The notes beneath the pieces are model-generated. The model was not told the DNA's origin. It ran no database searches and saw only the letters and a list, made by a program, of their open reading frames with translations. Positions 1 through 15,024 of a DNA stretch of 64,000 nt are shown one piece after another. Within the stretch, counting starts at the first letter, position 1. Each line of letters starts with the position of its first letter. The stretch comes from the human T2T-CHM13v2.0 reference genome, Homo sapiens. The position numbers and the translations under genes are program-made. The stretch lies in the NCBI RefSeq assembly GCF_009914755.1, contig NC_060925.1; one strand, 5' to 3'.

Positions 1-51
1 AAAAAAAAAGTGAGATCCTGTCTCAACAAAACCAAAAACAAAAAAAACAAA
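1..51 (+). mobile_element. Alu 3' end / A-rich tail remnant at window edge
   Basis: GTGAGATCCTGTCTC followed by A-rich tail. Confidence 0.7.
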
Positions 52-227
52 CTATGTCTGGAGGATCCCTGGGAATTTCCTGGAGCCACTTTGGGGAACC
101 ATCAAAGGGAAGAAGGGTTGAGCTGAGGAACAAGGCTCCAGTCAGAGAAAATCAGTATTTATTTTGTTTTTGATTTTCTTGTTTTGGTTTGGTTTAATTT
201 TTAAGTCACTGAGATCAGAAATTATAA

Positions 228-445
228 TAACTTATAGTTATTGTGTTCTTACAATGTTCTGGATATTAGGCTAAGCATTTAAAACTAGATCTTCTCATTT
301 CCTCTTTATGACAATTCTATAAGGGTGACACTATTATCCTCTTTCTACAGCCCAGGAAACTGAGGCAGAAGAGAGATTAAGTGACTTTTCTAAGGTCACA
401 GAATTAGTAAGTGAAGAGCAATGCAATTCCTGAATCCATAGTCTA
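228..445 (-). mobile_element. MIR SINE
   Basis: GGAAACTGAGGC..GAGATTAAGTGACTT..AAGGTCACAGAATTAGTAAGTG = reverse MIR core. Confidence 0.8.
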
Positions 446-514
446 AAGAGAGAAAATAGACAATGTATGGTCTGGTGGAGAACAGAGTATCACCCTTATT
501 ACTGATGATAGCAG

Positions 515-874
515 TGTCACTCAGTTTTCACACTGCTATGAAGATACTACCTGAGACTGGGTAATTTATTAAAAAGGAGGTTTAATGGACTCACAGTTCT
601 GCATGGCTGGGGAGGCCTCAGGAAACTTACAATCATGGCAGAAGGAGAAGGGGAGGCAAGGCACGTCTTACATGGCTGCTGGACAGAGACAGAGAGTGAA
701 GGGGAAGTGCTACTTTTAAGACCGTAAGATCTCGCAAGAACTCACTATTACAAGAACAGGATAGGGGAAACCACCCCTATAATCCAATCACCTCCCACCA
801 GGTCCCTCCCTCAACACCTGGGGATTACAATTCGAGATGAGATTTGGGTGGGGACACAGAGCCAAACCATATCA
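515..874 (-). mobile_element. MaLR solo LTR (MSTA-like)
   Basis: Ends GATTTGGGTGGGGACACAGAGCCAAACCATATCA (rc of MST/THE1 5' end); CTGAGACTGGGTAATTTA near other end. Confidence 0.9.
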
Positions 875-1289
875 ACAGCTGTCACATCTAGAGCAAATTG
901 AGGTTGTTAATGTCCATTCCAGAAACCAAGGTGAACAGGCTCTCAGGGTTGGTGCCTGTCTGGTTTCCAGCCAGGTAGACTCCAGCAGGAGCACCCTGCT
1001 CAGGTCGGTCTTTCTGACAGGTAATGAAATGTCACAGCAGAAAGAAGAGCTCCCCGCCCCCCAAGGTGTGCATGAGGGTGTGCTCCTGTTGAAAGTGTGG
1101 TGCTGGGTGGGGAGAGTTACCGAAGATGGAGAACAGTGGCTTGAAACCAATAAAAACCAACTGCTGGGAGAAACACTCACCAGTTTCTGAAGATCTTAAA
1201 CAAAGGACCTAAACTAGGAGATGGCAGACAAAATCATCAAAAAGAAATGTGTCCACTGGGGACTGTGGGGAGCCCCTGCCCCATCTGAA

Positions 1290-1640
1290 GGGCAGCTGCT
1301 GCCCTGGGCCAGCCAGTTTTTGCCACCAGGGGATGTGGGCTCAAGGTTGCTTCATTTTTCATTTTTTTTTAAAAGCCAGGAATCTGGATTTTTGCGCAAA
1401 ATCATCTGACTTTTAAACGTTGCCGAAACTCCCAAAACCGTATGTGGTCCAAACCAGTAACCTCACAGGGCCCCATCTGGCCTGCACGCCGTGGTTTGTG
1501 TCCACTGACAAGGAATCTTAACCTCTTTGGGCCTTGGGAATCTGATGAAAATGTTCAGGCATTTTCTAGGAAAAAGAAATGCCTGAACAAACACATAATT
1601 TTGAGTATCATTTCTGGGTGTCTCTCTGCCCCCGGAATCA
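1290..1640. mobile_element. Old hAT-Charlie MITE remnants (MER102-like followed by MER103-like)
   Basis: GCCAGGAATCTGGATTTTT..AAATC..TTTTAAACGTTG; AATCTTAACCT..GAATCTGATGAAAA..AATTTTG; names from memory. Confidence 0.5.
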
Positions 1641-2569
1641 TCCTTTTCTAAAGGCACACTTTGTAAAGGTAAGAGGGCTTCTGAGCAAACCTGAGGTCTG
1701 GGAAGGTACAAGCTGACAGGGGTATCTGGGTTTGTCCCACATCTGAATGAAACAGTGCTGTTTGTTGGAGTCAATATGTCCACATCTGTTTGCTTATGAG
1801 TCCTGCTTTGTACCCAACTTTCCTTGGCAGTCTTGGTTAATTCCCTCTGTATCAGTAAGGTTGCACAGGGGAGCAGGAAAGAGGCCCAAGAGGCCTGGAT
1901 ACTGGTCTGGAGGGGGCAGAAGAGCAGACATGAAGGCAGTGAGGGAGGCTGGATGTGGGGGGTGGGGGATGGGGGGGACTTTAGAGCTAGACTTTGAAGC
2001 GTTGATAGAACTAAAAAGAAGAAATAAATTATTTTTCTGATCTTGGACAAGGAGGAAGGACATGGATTTAAAGTTGGATGCCCTAAATGCCAAGACTGTC
2101 TGCATCTAGGACAGGTATTACATGCAAGAGGCTCTCCTTCCAGCCAAGCATGTGCCCTAGCTAAGCTCCTGCACTTTCACAGGAGGCTGACAGCCCATCT
2201 CCAGCCCAGCCTATTAAAGAATAAGGCTGCCCTTAATTGGTAACAGGGAGGAGCTGAACCCCATGTACTTGTCAGCATAACACTGAGCTCCCTGCAGCTC
2301 AAAATTTACCAAATGCTTGGTTGCAAAAAATAGCATTAATAGAGATAAAAGACATGCATTCCCACCGTTCCTCTAGATTCCATTAGTCTTATTCACAGAT
2401 AAGTCAGACCTTCAGAGACTTGAACATATGGTTTTGGCCTCTGGCTGGCTAGCTCTATTGAACAAGGCTGAGCAGTTATGCCACTGGCCTCCCTCTTTAT
2501 GTACTTATCATTAAGAGAATTAAGGATGAGGTTCAGTGTGTCAGGCAAATTTCCACTTTTTGAATACTT

Positions 2570-2925
2570 GCGTGGCAACCTCCCAGATAGCCCCCAGCAA
2601 TCCTTGCGTGTTAGTAAGTCATGCCTTTGTGTAGTCACCTCCCATATAGAATAGGGCTGACCTGTGGAGCTATAAGATATACCAGACATGATGGAATGTG
2701 ACTTCTCAATCTAGGTCATGAAAGGAATTGTGGCTTCCACTATGTCCTTTCCTATACTGCCCACTCAGGAGGAAGTCAGCTGCCATGTTGTGAAGACACT
2801 CAAACAGCACAATGGAGAGGTCCATGTGGTGAAGAACTGAGACCACCTGCTAACAGCCAGCAGTGTGAGCTCACTTGCCAGCTGTGTGAGTGAGCCATCT
2901 TAGAAGTACATCCTCCAGCTCCAAC
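2570..2925 (+). mobile_element. MLT1 (MLT1F/G-like) LTR, 3' truncated
   Basis: GGAAGTCAGCTGCCATGTTGTGA..GGAGAGGTCCATGTGGTGAAGAACTGAG..GTGAGTGAGCCATCTTAGAAG. Confidence 0.75.
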
Positions 2926-3168
2926 TGTTGTCAGCTTTTTTGGGATATCACTTTCATATCTCTAAATAACAAGCTTATATTGCTACTTTTTTCTGTTTTA
3001 GACATTGTCTATTTATTTTCCACTTTTCCATTTTTGTAGTGAGAAACAAAAATTACCACAAAACTTAGTAGGTTAAAACAATAAACATTTATTATCTCTC
3101 ACAGTCACTTTCTTCATCTCCTCTCAATATATTATAGTGTAAATCTGATCAACATATATACTGATATA

Positions 3169-4265
3169 CAGTCACATGCCACATAACAATGTTTTGGTCA
3201 GTGATGAACCACACAGACCACAGTGGTCCCATAAGATTGTAATGAAGCTGAAAAATTCCTATTGCCTAATGAGGTCAGAGTACAATGCATTACTCACGTG
3301 TTTGTGGTGATGTGGTGTAAACAAACCTACTGCACTGCCAGTCATGTAAAAGTCTAGCACATACAATTACATACAGTATGTAATACTTGATAGTTATAGG
3401 AAATAACTGTGTTACTGGCTTATGTATTTACTATGCTTTTAATCATTGTTTTAGAGTATACTCCTTCTACCTATTAAAAAAAAGTTAACAGTAAAACAGC
3501 TTCACTTCAGACAGGTCCTTCAGGAGGTATTCCAGAAGAAGGCTTTGGTATGATAGGAGATGATAGCTCTGTGTGTGCTATTCCTCCTAAAGACCTTCCA
3601 GCGGGAGAAGACGTGCAGGAGGAAGACAGTGATATTGATGATCCTGACCCTGTGTAGACCTAGGCTAATGTGTTTGTGTCTAATTTTTTTTTAAAGTTTA
3701 CAAAGTAAAAATATTTAGAATTTTTTTAAGTAGAAGAAAGCTTATAGAATAAGAATATAAAGGAAATATTTTGTACAGCTGTGCAATATGTTTGTTTTAA
3801 GCTGTTATTTCAAAAAAGTCAAAGAGTTAAAAAAATTTAAAAAGTGTATAAAGTAAAAACTTACAGTAAGCTAAGGGTAATTTATTATTGAAGAAAGAAA
3901 ATTTTAAAATAAATTTGGCATAGCCTAAGTGTACAGTGTTTCTAATCCTTGTAGGGTACAGTAATGTCCTAGGTCTTCACATTCTCTCACTGCTCACACA
4001 CTGACCCAGAGCAACTTCCAGTCCTGCAAGCTCCAGTCATGGTAAGGGCCCTATGCAGGTGTACAGTTTTTATCTTTTATACCATACCTTCACTTTACAG
4101 TTTCTACATTTAGATATGTTTAGATCCCCGAATACTATAGCGTTACAATTGCCTGCAGCACTCGGTATGGCAACATGCAGTACAGGTTTGTAGCCTAGGT
4201 ATGTGGTAGGCTGCACCATCTAGGTTTCTGTAAGTACACTCTGTGATGTGTGCACAATGACATAA
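3169..4265 (+). mobile_element. Tigger3b/GOLEM-type DNA transposon (non-autonomous), 3' TIR missing
   Basis: TA|CAGTCACATGCCACATAACAATGTTTTGGTCA..GTGGTCCCATAAGATT..GCTGAAAAATTCCTATTGCCTA; ends GTAAGTACACTCTGTGATG. Confidence 0.85.
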
Positions 4266-5187
4266 TCCTTTTTTATCTTTATGACCCCCTTGTCAACCCT
4301 CGAATCCCCTTTTGAATGAGGAGGAGCATAAGTACATGAGTTTTAGAGAAGGTAGTCAAAAGCTGGCATATCAAGGAATTGAACACAAGGCAAAACTCTT
4401 GAGAAGGAGCCAAGAATCAGAAGTCAGCAATGAAAGAAAAATCCCACAAACCAAAGGGGCAAGGGTGAGTTAAAAATGTAGAGGTGGATCCAGAGCTGGA
4501 ACCAGGGGAAAGTTAGAACAGGTTTAGACTCTAGGGAAGCCAGCACTTTCCCCATAAGCTGGCGGGGCTTCTCAGCTTGCTTCGTGGTTCAGTGGAGGCA
4601 TTGGGTTCTGAGGGGTGTTGAAGCCACTCACGTCCTACCATAGGCTGGACTCCTTTTTCCTCTCCCCACCCTTGCCGGCTCTGGGCACCGCCTCCTGCTT
4701 CTCAGGGCACCTCACTGCTCTTGTCATTAATGGAGATAGTTAGGGAGAGAGGAAATGAGGTAAAGAATGAAGTGAAATTAGCTTTACAGTAATCTCATTA
4801 ACAGATGTCAGTCTCATTTTATAGGGAGCATAGAGCTACATATGGAATATTATTCTAAGAAAGCTGGACAATTCATTGCACCGAGGGGAGGAGGTGTCCC
4901 TTCTTCAGTCCATGTGAATTCCTTCAGTTATGCACTTCCCTCCATCCTCATATCTCTCTTTTGCTATGACTTCCTTCCATCAAATTTCCCTTCTCTTCTA
5001 CATCTTCAATCTCTTCCTCTCTCCTAAATCCTTTCCTCCATATCTACTCAAGTTGTTCTCATCCTTTAACAATTTCTTCCTTGATTTCTCTAGTTCTGTC
5101 TTCCTTCCTTTTACAGACAGCTCTCCTGAAAGTTCTCTGCACCTACAGCTTCCCCTTTCTCTGTTTCTCACTCCACAGTGGTGTGGG

Positions 5188-5317
5188 TACTCTCACTCTG
5201 TCACTCATACTGGAGTGCAGTGGTATGATCTTGGCTCACTGCTGCCTTGAACCCTTGGGCTCAAGCGAGCCTCCTGAGTAGCTGGGACTGCAGGTGTGCA
5301 CCACCACACCTGGCTAA

Positions 5318-5373
<56 letters not shown>

Positions 5374-5499
5374 TACATATTGCAGAGATAGAATCTTGTT
5401 ATGGTTCCTAGGCTGGTCTCAAACTCCTGACCTCAAGCAATCCTTCTGCCTTGGCCTCCCACAGCCCTGGGATTACAGGTATGAGCCACCACACTGGTC
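5188..5499 (-). mobile_element. AluJ with expanded central linker
   Basis: Diverged Alu dimer, GGCTCAAGCGA/CTCAAGCAATCC J-type features. Confidence 0.85.
5320..5380. repeat. Compound microsatellite (A)n(TA)n(CA)n in Alu mid-linker
   Basis: Directly visible. Confidence 0.95.
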
Positions 5500-5589
5500 T
5501 CACTTATTCTTAATTTCATCTCTTCTGGTCTTTTCTTTCCTTTTTTTCTGCAGGTTACAATTCCTTTGCTTGTCCCTTAAATGCATGGT

Positions 5590-6918
<1,329 letters not shown>

Positions 6919-7408
6919 CAAAGAGTGACTAGACTGCAGAAGAAAGTGTTGTCAATTCCCTTACTTAACAAAGCTGATGCTTAATAATAACAAACATTTT
7001 TCTTGGATCTCAGGTACACAGGATTATTCCGCCCTTCATCTCATCTCACAGTGTCATCAATGGTCCATGCAAGAACTCTGCCATTCATTCATTCATTCAT
7101 TCACTTATTCATTCATTCTTTTTATCCCCATCCCCTATATCCCATCACTGTTTTAATTTGTTTAATGTTGAATCTTGAAAAGCACACATCATTGTTTTGT
7201 GGCTGCGGATTTTTAATTTATGTGAATAGGGTTGTGATATAGCTCATTATGTTTCTTGTCTTCTATTCAGGACCATGGTTTTAAGATTCAGCCACATTGC
7301 TATGTGTTCTTCTGGCTTATTGCTCTTAACTGTTTCATTGTTCTCCTAAAACTAAACATTTAAACAGCATTTTAGTCCTCATGATTTTTTTTTGTTCTAT
7401 TGTTTTGG

Positions 7409-7699
<291 letters not shown>

Positions 7700-7714
7700 C
7701 TGTTTTGGTTTTTA

Positions 7715-7875
7715 AATTTGATGTTCACATCAGCAATGTGAGGAAGTCAGGGCAAGTATTAGTATCTCCATTTTACTGCAGAGGAAGCTGAAGCTCAGAG
7801 AGAGTGAGTGATTTGCCCTGAGTTATACAGCACTTTTGTGGCAGAATCTTTATGTGGGTCCCATTTTCTAACACC
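7715..7875 (-). mobile_element. MIR
   Basis: CCATTTTAC..GAGGAAGCTGAAGCTCAGAGAG..GTGATTTGCCC. Confidence 0.75.
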
Positions 7876-8544
7876 ACATTCAAGGCATGCTCAGGGATCA
7901 CACTCCCTTCTCATGTGGGTGTGGCCAGACCTGGACCCAAGGAGGAGGAGATAGGAGCCTGCCCTCATGGTCAGGGGCAGGAGTGTCTCAGGGCAAACCT
8001 CGTGAGATATCTCCCTCCTACCAGAATTCCTGCCTCCTGAAAGCACGTTAAAATGAGTGTCTGGGAAGTTGGGAATGGAGGTGGGGTGGAGGACTATGCA
8101 AAAGGCAATAGCTTTGGGGGTGGTGGTGGGGTTCACATGAGCCAGGGTTGTGGGGTGATTGCTAATTGTGTATAATAGATACTTGCCTCTCCCTTCTTCA
8201 GCCATTGTGAGTCACCCATGGGGAAATGGCCTCCATTCCCACAAGGAATCCCAGTTCCCCAGAATTGACCCCATCTGCCCACCATCATCATGATTGCTCT
8301 GTCTCAGGGGCAGGTGTGTTCTCTGCAAGTTGTGATACATGACATCTGTGATTGTTTTTCTAAATAATGAAAATTATAAGGCTGTGAGTAAACTCCTAGA
8401 AGGAACCAGGTGAACCCTCTATGAATCCTTCTCATGAGAATTTTTAGAAGCTCAGGCCACTCACTGCCTTTTATCCCTGCCCTCTTTCCATTACTGGAAA
8501 AAAACATAATTATAATCATATAATCAAACTAAGATTCATGATTA

Positions 8545-8750
8545 ATTACAAACACATTGTTTACAAAGTACTTATTATCTCATTTAATACTCTTTTAACA
8601 CATGTTGGTACCATGATCCCCTTTTAGTGAGGAAATTGAGGCTCAGAGAGGGTAAATAACTTTCCCAAGGTAACACAGAAAAAAGTGTCACAACTGAGAC
8701 TCAGATCTAGATCTCCTGATCACAGGTGCTATGCCTTATCCACTACACCC
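8545..8750 (-). mobile_element. MIR
   Basis: GAGGAAATTGAGGCTCAGAGAGGGTAAATAACTTTCCCAAGG. Confidence 0.8.
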
Positions 8751-9469
8751 CATCAAGAGCAGATGTCCAGTTTCTCTGTAGGAGAATTCAGGTTGGTGTC
8801 CAAGACTCAGCATGAAGATGATCCCCTAAAAAGAAATTGCTCATATTTATCCAGTGAGTAACCTACCTGGGTATGCTATCATTCATCATTTAGCAACTGT
8901 GCCTGGAGCCCCTGCTGGGTGTGCAACCAGCTCTGTGTAAGTGAGAAAATCCATGTCTCCTTCTGTCTTCAGAGTAACAAAGCCATTTCCCAATGAATCA
9001 TAGATGACTAATTAAAATGCACACTTTTCCCGGGCTCTCTGGTTAATTCTTTCCTAAACCAGGCAGGGGTCGGGGTGGGGATGAAGTTGTTGCAGGATGG
9101 AAAGAAAGCAGAGGAGAACAAAAAGGGGATCAAAAGGAATGGAAGGGGGAGAACAAAAATCAAAGAAAGGAAGGCAGGAAGGCAGGATGTCAGGAAGGAA
9201 GGGAGAGAGGAAAAGAGGAAGAGAGGAACATGTACCTATTTGCCTCAAGGAAAACAGGTAAATTTTCTAAGTCTCTAGCAAGTTTACATTTTCTAGTATT
9301 TTACAATATATGCTATTTCAGGTATGTGATCTTGTTGAGCCACAAAAAGATCTTTTGTTTTAAGTAAGATATTTTTATACAACTTTATAAATGAGGAAGC
9401 AGATTCTGGGAGGTTAGGGATTACTTAACCTTGGAGATAATCTAGAAGAACTGGAAAGACTAAAGTTTT

Positions 9470-10075
9470 GATGCCCAACAGATTTGGATTCAAATCTAGA
9501 CTATCTGTGATTTATCAACGTGACCTTAGTCAAGTTACTTAGCATCTTGGAGCTTTGGTTTCCTCTTCTGTAAAATGAGGATCGTGATAGCTCCGATCCC
9601 TTAGGGTTATTTTGAGGATTAAATAGGATATTGCATGGCTGTACTAGTCCATTCTCACACTGCTATAAAGAAATACCTGATACTGGGTAATTTATAAAGA
9701 GGTTTAATTGTCTTACGGTTCTACAGGCTGTACAGGAAGCATGGCTGGGAAGGCCTCAGGAAACTTTCAATCATGGCGGAAGGCAAAAGGGAAGCAGGCA
9801 CGCCTTACATGGCTGGAGCAGGAGGAAGACAGAGAGGGGAGGTGCTACACACTTTTAAACAACCAGATCTCATGATAACTCACTCACTATCACAAGAACT
9901 AGCAAAGGTGAGAGTCTTTATCAAAGGTGAAATCTGCCTCCATGATCCAATCACTTCCCACCAGGCCCCACCTCCAACATTGGGGATTACAATTTGACAT
10001 GAGATTTGGGCAGGGACATACACCCAAACCATTATCAATGGCCTACACAAAGACCTTAATAAATGCTAGCTATCT
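9470..10075 (+). mobile_element. MIR split by MSTB insertion
   Basis: GTGACCTTAGTCAAGTTACTTA..TTTCCTCTTCTGTAAAATG; resumes after LTR with AATAAATGCTAGCTAT. Confidence 0.75.
9640..10037 (-). mobile_element. MaLR solo LTR (MSTB-like)
   Basis: TGTACTAGTCC...AAACCATTATCA with 5-bp TSD ATGGC (9635-9639, 10038-10042). Confidence 0.9.
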
Positions 10076-10373
10076 GGGTTTCTATATGATTGTTCTCATT
10101 ACTACCACTACTATTCCTAAAGCATCTGACAGTGCTAGTACTTATAATAGTATATATTCAACAAATATTAGTTTCCCCTACACAGTCCCACATCCCTACT
10201 TCCCTAAGGTAACATAGCTAGTAATGTTGCAGGCAGTCTGGCCATGGCATTTGACGTTAGTACCAGTACTCCTCCACAGTATCTTACTGCCCACCTCTCT
10301 GTTTAGCACCTTAAAAATACAACTAGACCATATCGTATACCTCCATGACTCTAAAATTCAAAATGATATTCAG

Positions 10374-10686
10374 GGCTGGGTGCCGTGGTTCATGCCTGTA
10401 ATCTCAGCACTGTGGGGGAGGCAGGCTGAGGTGCGGAGGATCACTTGAGATCAGGAGTTTGAGGCCAGCTTGGGAAATAAGGCAGAGACTCCATCTCTAC
10501 TAAAAATACAAACAAAATAGTTGGGTGTGGTGGTTCGTGCCTGTGGTGCCAGCTACTCAGGAGGCTGAGGTAGGAAGATTGATGCTTCGGCCTGGCGGGG
10601 CAGAGGCTGCAGTGAGCAGAGATGATGCTGCTGCACTCCAGCCTGCGTGACAGAGCGAGACCCTGTCTCAAAAAGAAAAAAAAAAA
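10374..10686 (+). mobile_element. Old Alu (J/S)
   Basis: Dimer with A tail; TSD GATATTCAG. Confidence 0.9.
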
Positions 10687-11519
10687 GATATTCAGATATC
10701 TTAAGGTTAATTGTTCAGAATATTCTATTATCTCTACTGCTTGGGGAAGGACTTGTGCGCCCTCTGTATTGTATCCTAATATTCCAGGACATGATGTGTC
10801 CTCTAATTGCTTTAAGTTTGAATATACAATCAATTCCGTACACACAACAAATTAAGAAGCCTAAAATAATGGGCAGAGTTTAATGTTGAAATTAATCTTA
10901 AAGCAAAGTTAATCAGCACATAATCATATTTGTGCTTCATAGTGATTAGGTACAAATGAAAGCTATTTGTGTAAATGAAAATAATCAGAAATATTTTGTG
11001 CAATCAAACCAAGCACTTGCAGAGACTTCTAGGGGACAGCAGTGATCCTGAATGTGGGTGTGTAATACAATTATAGCTATCAATGTGTCTAAATTGCTGG
11101 AGGAAGGGACTGGCCACTGAGTCCCTAAGATGTTTGCTACAATCCCCGGCAGTTGTAAATGTTCATTAATTGCTAGCTCCTCTTCCATGTCCACTTCCTC
11201 TTCTTCTTTCCTTCCCTTTTCCCATTATTATTATTATTATTACATTAATATCTTAGCCTTAACTAAAATGGCCCCAGGACCACTGACTCAGTTCCCAAGG
11301 TTGAGAGTGAATGTGCATTAGGAGTTTGGAGACACCTGTTCAGGCATCTGGGAAGAAGAAAATAACAACTCTGGAAAAATGATTTTAGTATTTGTTAGAA
11401 AGTTCTAGTAACAAATGATACTTTCTCAGATAAGAAAAGCTATGAATAAAGGGCCAGATTATAGTCATTTTTAACAACCTGAGGTCACAGGAGTTAAGGG
11501 AACAGAGCAGCAAGAGTGG

Positions 11520-11934
11520 CAGAATGAAAAGGTGGCCATATGTATCATGGGGCCATATTATGGGGTAATGACATGGATTAGATATTTTGGGGGACTGATG
11601 CCTAGCCCTCAGTAATCCCTTTGAGAATCCTCCCTGCCTCATGCTATCTGCTCATTAGAGAGAAGCAGAGAAAGCCCGTCTATGGAGAGAGAAGAGTGGA
11701 AGAGAGACGCAGAGGGAAGCAGAGGTGAGAGTCTTTGTGAACCTAGAGTGAGAGAAAAACAAGAAATGGCTGATTTGGTTTCTGTAGGTTTTCCAGCTCC
11801 TGGTTTAACTCTCTCCTGACATACCTTCTCCCTGATCTTGGGTTCTGTAAGATACTCGTATATCCATATCATTCATTCTCCTATTTTGTTTAAGCTAGCT
11901 CAAATAGATTTTTATTATTCACAACCAAATAATC
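11520..11934 (+). mobile_element. Old MLT1 (K/L-like) LTR fragment
   Basis: 3' end TTTTGTTTAAGCTAGCTCAAATAGATTTTTATTATTCACAACCAAA. Confidence 0.5.
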
Positions 11935-12231
11935 TTTTTTTTTTTGAGATAGGGTCTCGCTCTGTCACCCAGGATGGAGTGCAGTGGTGCAATAATGGCT
12001 CACTGCAGCTTTGAGTTCCTGGGGCTCAGGTGATTCTCCTACCTCAGCCTCCCAAGTAGCTGGAACTACCAGCACACGCCACCACATCTGGCTACTTTTT
12101 TTTGTATTTTTTGTAGAGATGGAGTCTTGCTATGTTGCCCAGGCTGCTCTTGAATGCCTGGACTCAAGCAATCAGTTTACCTTAGCCTCTCAAAGGGCTG
12201 GGATTACAGGCGTGAGCTACGGCACCTGGCC
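11935..12231 (-). mobile_element. AluJ
   Basis: Dimer; degenerate TSD AACCAAA..AATCTT. Confidence 0.9.
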
Positions 12232-12744
12232 TAACCAAAAGAATCTTAACCAAAACACAACGCTTAATCAGATTGCTTTCTCAACACCTTTGATTAAAAG
12301 AGGAAGAATTTGGATAGTTTTGTTGGAAGGTAACTTTGCTCAAAATATACTGCTGCTTCCTTCCTACAGGCAAATACCATAAATAAGTTTACTTAATTCT
12401 CTTTAAATCATTTTCCTCCTTCTCCTTTCTGGTTTGGAGTAATTACGCTGAATGGAAATGGGTGACTGTGGTGACAGCAGGGCAGGGCCCTATACAAACT
12501 GCTACACTGCAGACTTTATGTCCTGTGTGATGTTGTTTTCTCAGAACAGCAGCAACTGAGTCCAGGGCTTGCCATCTAAGGCTCAATCTTCCTTCAGCTA
12601 TCTCTGCTTCTGCAGACTTTTCAAGGGCTTCAGGAACCCTACTGCTGCAGTTCTTACTGTGGGACCTGGAGAGACTCCCTCTCCCACCACCCCTGCCTTG
12701 GATTTTGAGTTGAGAACCACTCTTAGAGCCTAAAAGTTAATGGG

Positions 12745-15024
12745 TTATATGGTTTGTCTCTGTGTCGCCATCCAAATCTCATCTTGAATTGTACTCCCAT
12801 AATTCCCACGTGTTGTGGGAGGGACACAGTGGGAGATAATTTGAATCATGGGGGTGGTTTCCCCCATACTGTTCTTATGGTAGTGAGTAAGCCTCATGAG
12901 ATCTGATGGTTTTATCAGGGATTTCTACTTTTGCATCTTCCTCATTTTTTCTTGCCGCCACCATGTAAGAAGTGCCTTTCGCCCCCCAAGATTCTGAGGC
13001 CTCGTAAGCCAAGTGGAACTGTAAGTCCAACTAAACCTCTTTTTCTTCCTAGTCTTGGGTATGTCTTTATCAGCAGCATGAAAACAGACTAATACAGTAA
13101 ATTGGTACCAGTAGAGTGGAGTGTTGTTGAAAAGATACCCAAAAATGTGGAAGCGACTTTGAAACTGGGTATCAGGCAGAGGTTAGAACAGTTTGGAGGG
13201 CTCAGAAGAAGACAGGAAAATGTGGGAAAATTTGGAACCTCCTAGAGACTTGTTGAATGGCTTTGACAAAAATGCTGATACTGATATGAGCAATAAGGTC
13301 CAGGCTGAGTTGGTCTCAGATGGAGATGAGGAACTTATTGGGAACTGAAGCAAAGGTGACTCTTGTTATGTTTTAGCAAAGCAACTGGCAGCATTTTTCC
13401 CCTGCCCTAGATATTTGTGGAACTTTGAACTCAAGAGAGATGATTTAGGGTATCTGGTAGAAGAAATTTCTAAGCAGCAAAGCATTCAAGAGGTGACATG
13501 GGTGCTGTTAGAAGGATTCTGTTTTAAAAGGGAAACAAAGCATAAAAGTTCAGAAAATTTGCAGCCTGATGATGCAATAGAAAAGATAAACCCAGTTTTT
13601 GAGGAGAAATTCAAGATGGCGGCAGAAATTTGCATAAGTAACACGGAGCTGAATGTTAATCCTCAAGACGATGGGGAAAATGTCTCTAGGGCATGTCATA
13701 GGTCTTCATGGCAGCCTCTCCCATCACAGACCTAGAAGCCTAGGAGGAAAAAATGGTTTCATGGGCTGGGCCCAGGGTCCCCATGCTGTATGCTGCCTAG
13801 GGACTTGGTGCCCTGCATCCCAGCTGCCCTAGCCCTTGCTAAAAAGGGCCAAGGTATAGCTCAGCCCAGTGTTTCAAAGGGTGCAAGCCCCAGACCTTGG
13901 CAGCTTCCATGTGGTGGTGAGCCTGTGGATGCACAGAAGTCAAGAATTGAGGATTTGGAACATCCAGCTAGATTTCAGAAGACATAAGGAAATGCCTGGA
14001 TGCCCAGGCAAAAGTTTGCTGCAGGGCAGGGCCCTCATGGAGAACCTCTGCTGGGGCAGTGCAGAAGGGAAATGTGGGGTCAGAGACCCCACACAGAGTC
14101 CCTATGAGGGCACCGCCTAGTGGAGCTGTGAGAGGAGGGCCACTGTCCTCCAGACCTCAGAATCCACTGACAGCTTGCACTTACTTGCACCTGGAACAGC
14201 TGCAGGCACTCCACGCCAGCCTGAGAAAGCAGCCAGGAGTTGGGGGCTATACCCTGCAAAGCCACAGGGGTGGAGCTGCCCAAGACTATGGGAACCTACC
14301 CCTTGCATCAGCATGGCCTGGATGTGAGACATAGAATCAAAGGAGATCATTTTGGAGCTTTGAAATTTGACTGCCCTGCTGGATTTCGGACTTCCATGGG
14401 CCCTGTAACCCCTTTGTTTTGGCCAATTTCTCCCATTTGGAATGGGTGTATTTACTCAATACCGGTAACCCCATTGTATCTAGGAAGTAACTAGCTTGCT
14501 TTTGATTTTACGGGCTCATAGGTGGAAGAGACTTGCCTTATCTCAGGTGAGACTTTGGACTGTGGACTTTTGGGTTAATGTTGAAATGAGTTAAGACTTT
14601 GGGGGACTGTTGGAAGGCATGATTGGCTTTGAAATGTGAGGATATGAGATTTGGAGGGGTCAGGGGCGGAATGATATGGTTTGGCTGTGTCCCCACCCAA
14701 ATCTCATCTTGAGTTGTACTCCCATAATTCCCACATGTTGTGGGAGGGACCCAGTGGGAGATAATTCAAATCATGACGGCAGTTTCCCCCATACTGTTCT
14801 CATGGTAGTGAATAAGTCTCATGAGATCTGATGGGTTTATCAGGGGTTTCCACTTTTGCATCTTCCTCATTTTCCCTTGCTGCTGCCATGTTAGAAGTGC
14901 CTTTGACCTCCCACCATGGTTCTGAGGCCTCCCCAGCCATGTGGAACTGTAAGTCCAATTAAACCTCTTTGTCTTCCCAGTCTCGGGTATGTCTTTATCA
15001 GCAGTGTAAACATGGACTAATACA
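12745..15024 (+). mobile_element. Full-length THE1A MaLR provirus (LTRs 12745-13096 and 14672-15024)
   Basis: Two ~350-bp direct LTRs T(G)ATATGG...CTAATACA; internal region starts GTAAATTGGTACCAG and ends at PPT GGGGTCAGGGGCGGAA. Confidence 0.93.
13110..14494 (+). pseudogene. Disrupted THE1 internal ORF (MaLR gag-derived)
   Basis: Fragments WNFELKRDDLGYLVEEISKQQSIQ, LDVRHRIKGDHFGALKFDCPAGF in shifting frames. Confidence 0.75.

Noticed and set aside
1463-2050. 195-aa ORF with hydrophobic N-terminus resembling a signal peptide
   Set aside because: No recognisable domain, overlaps DNA-transposon remnants, no promoter or exon context; likely chance.
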